Of a stretch of 57,494 nt of DNA, positions 53,149 through 57,494 are shown piece by piece. The notes below the pieces were generated by a model that ran no database searches, was not told the DNA's origin, and saw only the letters and a program-made list of their open reading frames with translations. The stretch comes from a virus. Every line of letters begins with the position of its first letter. The stretch's first letter is position 1. Location: IMG/VR virus record IMGVR_UViG_3300006198_000004; one strand, given 5' to 3'. A program made the translations under genes and the position numbers.

Positions 53149-53373
53149 TTAGGCGTTAGCCTCTTGGGTCTGATACTCTTTCCATATCCATGCTATAAGG
53201 TCATCCCCAAAGTCGTAATCATCGGGGTATTCATCCAGACGTGCCTCGGCTTTGTCGATAACACTTGTGAGGTGTTTTTGCTGCTCATCGGTAGCACTCC
53301 ACACCTCAATTTCTCCATTGAGTTGCTGCTGGATAACAGCCTTTTCCTCTTGGGTAAATTCAATTTTTTTCAT
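53149..53373 (-). CDS. Hypothetical acidic small protein
   Basis: The ORF is in the operon and is followed by a hairpin with a T-run at about 53105-53135 on the minus strand. Confidence 0.4.
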   Translation of the reverse strand: MKKIEFTQEEKAVIQQQLNGEIEVWSATDEQQKHLTSVIDKAEARLDEYPDDYDFGDDLIAWIWKEYQTQEANA

Positions 53374-53390
53374 TTTCTTGTCGTATGTAG

Positions 53391-53990
53391 TTAGAGTTTA
53401 TATTTCGCGCATATAGCTTTAACGCGGCGAGTGTATTTGTCGGCTTTACCATGAACGGCCTTTGTTACCGTTTCAGCCCAAAACTCGCTCACATTGGTAC
53501 GGGCATATTTACCATAGCCCGATTTTTTCTTATCTCTCATCCATGAACGATAGAGAGAACGTATTTCTTTGCCGGCCGCCCTTTGATTTGCTCCTGTGAG
53601 GTGTTCATTCCATGTAGCGTGTGCCAGCTCATGTGTAACAGTATGCGCAATAGGTTTGTTTGTGCGCGTACTCCAGCCGCTTGTGTAATTGTCGGAGTGC
53701 GCCCTACTAACAGACTTTGCGCCTTGATTGAAATGTGAACGGTTGAGATAAACAGCCTTTGATGCACCATTGGCAGTAACGTGAACACCATAAGCCTCCG
53801 GAAAGTCCGCAAGTTTAACCTCTCGTTGTCTTACGCCTAAGACAGCATGATAACGAGATATTGCCTGCTTTGTTGCCTTATACATCTGGGGGTCGGTCAT
53901 TTCAACAAGCGGGCCTACATTTGTGATTTTGCCCTTAAAATCGCCGCCACCGTCTTTTGTGCCGCGATTGGAGCCGGAATTTCTGCCCAT
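53391..53990 (-). CDS. Zincin-like metallopeptidase domain protein
   Basis: It has an HExxH motif (HTVTHELAHATW). The start was taken at MGRNSGSN (53990), abutting the upstream stop. Confidence 0.6.
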   Translation of the reverse strand: MGRNSGSNRGTKDGGGDFKGKITNVGPLVEMTDPQMYKATKQAISRYHAVLGVRQREVKLADFPEAYGVHVTANGASKAVYLNRSHFNQGAKSVSRAHSDNYTSGWSTRTNKPIAHTVTHELAHATWNEHLTGANQRAAGKEIRSLYRSWMRDKKKSGYGKYARTNVSEFWAETVTKAVHGKADKYTRRVKAICAKYKL

Positions 53991-53992
53991 AG

Positions 53993-55114
53993 TTATTTCT
54001 TTTTTGCGTTGATAAAATCGTGAATATAGAGCAATCCATGTCGGCGGCAAAAGGCTTTAATCTCATCGCCACCGCCATAAACTACAAGATTGGGGAGTTC
54101 AAGCCCGCTTATCTCCTGCGCTACCTGTAAATCGCTCTTGAGGCTTTCAAGCCATCCGTCAAGCCCACGAGTGAAAAAGGCGTTGTAGCCTTTCGGAATA
54201 CCCATTTTGTTGTATTCGATAAACTTGTGGGCTACATTAAGGTCGGCGTAAACTTTGATACCACACTCTTGCAAGTAGCGACAAAGCCACCGCTTTTTGT
54301 AGATAAGGCTTATTCCGTATGCGATTGGCGTTTGGTCGTGGCAGCTACAATTAGGCTCTACCACCGCCTTACAACCGCTTGTGAGCAAATTAATCGGGTC
54401 TTTGAACAAAGCCTCAAAGCGGTAATCATCCACATAGAAATGATAGGTCGCTACATCCTTTCTTAGACGGCTATTCGCGCCCCACGGAGTTAATGGCAAT
54501 TCAACCTTGCCGGCTTGCATTTCAAGCAAGAGATTGGGGATTTCGTAAATATTATCGCTTTCGTATAGCACATCTTTCAGCATGGAGCGATAAAAAGCCT
54601 CTTTATCATCGCCTCCATTCTCTCCGTCATCGTCTGGCTCATTGTCATTGTCGCTATCATCGCCCTCGTCCCCATCATCGGAGTTGTCAAAGGGCGCGAG
54701 GGTTGCAGTCTTGGAGGCCGTCTTTTTCTCTTTCGGAAAATCCAGACCTATAAAGCCAAAATCAACATCACCAAAAGCCGGGTCTGTCTGTAATGCGCCA
54801 AAATCCCACTCTCCATTGTTGATGTTGGAGCGTAGGATAAGGTCGGTGCGTTCATCATCCGACAACTCGGAGTAAAGCACGGTCGGGACCTCTTTTATTT
54901 TGAGCCTTTTTACAGCCTTGAGGCGTTGGTTCCCGTCCAGAACGATAAGGCGGCCGTCCTGTTCCTCTAATGCCATAGGCCGGTGTTCCCAGAATCCGTT
55001 GAGCTTGATTGAATCAACAACACGAGCCAGCCCGTCCTTGTCGATAGTTCGCGGATTGTTTGGCAGAGGGTGCAGGTCGGCAACCTTGCGATATTTCATT
55101 GGCTCACATTTCAT
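53993..55114 (-). CDS. ParB-like nuclease domain fused to a DUF4417-like C-terminal domain
   Basis: It has an N-terminal ParB motif (LHPLPNNPR...VLDGNQRLKAV), an acidic linker and a conserved C-terminal domain (YHFYVDDYRFEALFKDP). Confidence 0.65.
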   Translation of the reverse strand: MKCEPMKYRKVADLHPLPNNPRTIDKDGLARVVDSIKLNGFWEHRPMALEEQDGRLIVLDGNQRLKAVKRLKIKEVPTVLYSELSDDERTDLILRSNINNGEWDFGALQTDPAFGDVDFGFIGLDFPKEKKTASKTATLAPFDNSDDGDEGDDSDNDNEPDDDGENGGDDKEAFYRSMLKDVLYESDNIYEIPNLLLEMQAGKVELPLTPWGANSRLRKDVATYHFYVDDYRFEALFKDPINLLTSGCKAVVEPNCSCHDQTPIAYGISLIYKKRWLCRYLQECGIKVYADLNVAHKFIEYNKMGIPKGYNAFFTRGLDGWLESLKSDLQVAQEISGLELPNLVVYGGGDEIKAFCRRHGLLYIHDFINAKKK

Positions 55115-55595
55115 CGTCCTCTGCGCCCTCCTCTGCCTTTTCAGTTAACAGTTCCTCATCCTCGGAGTAATCGGGATTGAGGTTTGTTTCATCCTCGGCC
55201 AGATTGAACACCTTGCGGATAAGTTCAGCCACGCGAATAAGGCGATAGTGGCGGCGATTGGCGATAAAAACCAGTCGGCTACCATCGCTTCGGTCAACGC
55301 CCATTCCATAGAAACGAGCGCGATAGTCCAAAGGCAATTTAACCTTATTGTCGTAGATATACACCGCATCGGCCACAACCTTTGAGAGTGTCGCGGTACG
55401 ATTGTAGCGGCCATTGAGATAGATATGCGCCTTATCGCCCATAGAGAGCGTTTCGTGGGGCAATAGCCTTGCGACTTTTTCACCTATCCACTCGCGCCCT
55501 CCGACAAGCCAAATGGCATATAAGACAACCACCACCGCCAGAACGGTGCAAGCTATCATAACGTAATCTCCAACCTGTAGGGTCGAAATTTCCAT
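55104..55595 (-). CDS. Membrane-anchored hypothetical protein
   Basis: The start was taken at MEISTLQ. It has a TM helix (YVMIACTVLAVVVVLYAIWLV), and a -7 box TATCTTTG on the minus strand lies at 55624-55631. Confidence 0.45.
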   Translation of the reverse strand: MEISTLQVGDYVMIACTVLAVVVVLYAIWLVGGREWIGEKVARLLPHETLSMGDKAHIYLNGRYNRTATLSKVVADAVYIYDNKVKLPLDYRARFYGMGVDRSDGSRLVFIANRRHYRLIRVAELIRKVFNLAEDETNLNPDYSEDEELLTEKAEEGAEDDEM

Positions 55596-55675
55596 GCGTG
55601 TAATATTAACTTGGTTAATGATGCAAAGATACAAAATAATGCGTTTACAGAACACATTTTAGGTGAGAAAATTTA

Positions 55676-56113
55676 CTATCTCCCGAAAACGAGCATAGCG
55701 GCATCACGCTTGTGTTCATTCGTGCGTCCTTTCCACTTTGTCATGTTCACGAAAGTTTCATGCGTAATCTTGGTAAGATTGCGTTTCGGGGCTACCATTT
55801 CAAACCATACGCCTAAGTCCGTGAGGTATGCCTCCCAGATAGACGCATCACGTTTGACCGAGCCAACGCCTTGCAGTTTTTTACGCTCTTCCTCGCGGCT
55901 CATGTTTTCCGTACCAAACCACGTTCTTTGTCGCGGGTCCTCAACTCTCACATAAAGCCTTACGCCCTCGCTCTCGGCTATTCCCTTGTATTGAGCCACT
56001 ATTTCCATAGCCTTGTGGATTGCAACATCCTCAATGGCACGAAAACACTGGCTCCGGCTATCCCACACGGCAATGCCTGTGTGGGTACCGGTATCAATGC
56101 CAATGTGTATCAT
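55676..56113 (-). CDS. RuvC-like Holliday junction resolvase
   Basis: It has an N-terminal IGIDTGTHTG motif and a size typical of phage RuvC-fold resolvases. Confidence 0.6.
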   Translation of the reverse strand: MIHIGIDTGTHTGIAVWDSRSQCFRAIEDVAIHKAMEIVAQYKGIAESEGVRLYVRVEDPRQRTWFGTENMSREEERKKLQGVGSVKRDASIWEAYLTDLGVWFEMVAPKRNLTKITHETFVNMTKWKGRTNEHKRDAAMLVFGR

Positions 56114-56114
56114 A

Positions 56115-56684
56115 TCAGTAGCGGGCGCAAACTTTGTCGTAGATAGCCTTGCACACCTCTATGTCGTAGAGCGCATCGTGGAGCTTGCTATCGTCAATAG
56201 CAATGCCGAGGGTCTTGGCTACTGTTCCCTGCTTGAAATTCTCCATGTCGGCGCGCTGTTCGGCGAGATAGGGCGTTGCCATAACCATCACGTCTATGCT
56301 ATTCGCCCAGAACCACGAGCCAAAGAATTTATCGTCGTTCTGGATAAACCATGCACGGAGAAATTGATTGTCGAAAGAGGCGTTGTTGTAGCCCACAAGA
56401 AAAAACTTGTCTTTCTTGTTGTAGCGGTCGACATACTTTGAGAGCATATCCACAAATTGATTGTAGATAACGCCCATAGGCGGGTATGCCTTGATTTGAG
56501 CCTCGGTTACACCGCCTACCTCTAAGGCGGCCGGCTCAATAAGAGCCTGCGGGTTGGGCTGGACGTGGAGATTGAAAGTTTCCTTAACCTCTCCGTCTAT
56601 TACCACCATGCCGGAAATCTGGTGGATTCCATGCTTGTTTACGAGTGTTCCGGTCGTTTCTAAGTCGAAAAATAATAGTTTCAT
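56115..56684 (-). CDS. DEDDh 3'-5' exonuclease (DnaQ-like)
   Basis: It has the Exo I motif FFDLETTG, Exo II GYNNASFDNQFL and Exo III HDALYD. Confidence 0.85.
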   Translation of the reverse strand: MKLLFFDLETTGTLVNKHGIHQISGMVVIDGEVKETFNLHVQPNPQALIEPAALEVGGVTEAQIKAYPPMGVIYNQFVDMLSKYVDRYNKKDKFFLVGYNNASFDNQFLRAWFIQNDDKFFGSWFWANSIDVMVMATPYLAEQRADMENFKQGTVAKTLGIAIDDSKLHDALYDIEVCKAIYDKVCARY

Positions 56685-56875
56685 TTAGTGTTGTTGTTTG
56701 GTGTTACGAGTTCTATGTTTTTAAGCCTCCATGCGCGTTTTTCCTTGTAGCCCGTGGCGTAAGGTATGAATACCCGGAGAAAACACTGGTCTTGATAGGG
56801 CAATGCGCAAACCTCGGCCACTCGGCCCGTCTTTTTGTTGCGCACAATGTCCCCGATTTGGTAGGGTCGGCTCAT
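56681..56875 (-). CDS. Hypothetical small protein (KOW/SH3-like)
   Basis: The start was taken at MSRPYQIGDIV (56875), which forms an ATGA overlap with the upstream stop. Confidence 0.4.
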   Translation of the reverse strand: MSRPYQIGDIVRNKKTGRVAEVCALPYQDQCFLRVFIPYATGYKEKRAWRLKNIELVTPNNNTK

Positions 56876-57063
56876 TTTATCTTGCGGATTTTGATATATT
56901 GCGGGCCGCCCATAAGCACTTGCATATAGATTGCGGCTATGATTTGCCAATAGGCTTCGCGCCCGGATGTCTTGATGATGTCCTTTTTGAGCTTACGCGG
57001 TAGGCGTATAGGCTTGTGGGGCTTTTTCGTGCGTATGCACTCCCCTTTGATGTCTTGTGTCAT
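56872..57063 (-). CDS. Hypothetical basic small protein
   Basis: ATGA overlaps are present at both ends. Confidence 0.35.
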   Translation of the reverse strand: MTQDIKGECIRTKKPHKPIRLPRKLKKDIIKTSGREAYWQIIAAIYMQVLMGGPQYIKIRKIK

Positions 57064-57320
57064 TCTTTCTCGGTCTTTTTGTATGTGAATAAGTCGTTGT
57101 TGTCGGTCGTAACGAATAGAGGCGGGATAGCACCCCCATACGTCATTTGTGATACATATATCCGTGGCTTTCTCTTGAGGCGTTCAAAGTCGGCCTCGGT
57201 CAGCTCCCAGCAAGATATTACTTGGGTCCCGTCCTCGGATATGCGACAGGGTAGCGGTTGCACATTCGCATCCTTGCTTGAGGCGATAGCGTTCTGTTCT
57301 GGAAATTCTATCGGTTTCAT
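57060..57320 (-). CDS. Hypothetical small protein
   Basis: The ORF lies 6 nt downstream of the MazG-like stop. Confidence 0.45.
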   Translation of the reverse strand: MKPIEFPEQNAIASSKDANVQPLPCRISEDGTQVISCWELTEADFERLKRKPRIYVSQMTYGGAIPPLFVTTDNNDLFTYKKTEKE

Positions 57321-57325
57321 GTTGT

Positions 57326-57494
57326 TTATCGGTTATCGCCCGTGCCGTGGATAGTACCCCGGAGCTTACGGGCAGCTATTTTTGCGAGATTGAGAGTTGC
57401 CACCTCGGAAAGTGAGGAACCTATTGCCCTTGCAAGATTGGCGGTGTACCAAAGCACATCGCCCAATTCGTAGGCTATTCGGTCCCGTGTGTCC
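57326..57494 (-). CDS. MazG-like pyrophosphohydrolase, C-terminal part (continuation of 1-238 across the junction)
   Basis: My translation gives ...ARAIGSSLSEVATLNLAKIAARKLRGTIHGTGDNR*, with the stop at 57326-57328. Confidence 0.75.
   Translation of the reverse strand, partial: DTRDRIAYELGDVLWYTANLARAIGSSLSEVATLNLAKIAARKLRGTIHGTGDNR
57418..57494. repeat. Terminal overlap, copy 2 (identical to 1-77)
   Basis: It is an exact 77-nt match to the start of the window. Confidence 0.9.

Larger units (their letters stand above)
1..57494. mobile_element. Complete circular temperate phage genome (siphovirus-like, Bacteroidota-type); unique length 57,417 bp
   Basis: A full set of phage modules is present: integrase, repressor, replication, recombination, packaging, head, tail and lysis. 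The terminal 77 bp are identical at both ends, and one ORF (MazG-like) reads across the junction. Confidence 0.8.

Overview
The window is a complete, circularly closed genome of a temperate siphovirus-like phage. Bases 1-77 are identical to 57418-57494, so the unique length is 57,417 bp. The host is probably Bacteroidota, judged from repeated TAnnTTTG(C) -7 promoter boxes, a Bacteroides-type tyrosine integrase and the absence of Shine-Dalgarno sequences.

Gene layout:
- **Early operon (minus strand, 12412 down through the junction to about 53 kb):** cro-like gene, recombination genes (RecT, MBL nuclease, SMC-like ATPase, NinB-like), replication genes (DnaD-like, DnaC-like), two DNA methyltransferases, two ParB-like proteins, MazG, an exonuclease and RuvC.
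- **Packaging (minus strand):** TerS, TerL, portal and MuF.
- **Accessory block (plus strand, 40.2-47.0 kb):** a 7-kb block that splits the morphogenesis genes.
- **Head, tail and lysis (minus strand):** head, tail (1811-aa tape measure, 1528-aa tip protein) and lysis genes.
- **Lysogeny:** integrase, tRNA-Arg(CCT) and an XRE repressor operon.

The main finding is a diversity-generating retroelement (RT 18688-19911, TR about 19996-20111) with two variable regions. One is in the adjacent tail-fibre-like gene. The other lies 14 kb away in a small protein with no signal peptide, encoded in the early operon.

Other signals:
- an array of eight 16-bp palindromes;
- a dispersed 17-bp operator-like palindrome at seven sites;
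- an attP-like arrangement around the tRNA;
- a structured leader RNA upstream of an antirepressor.
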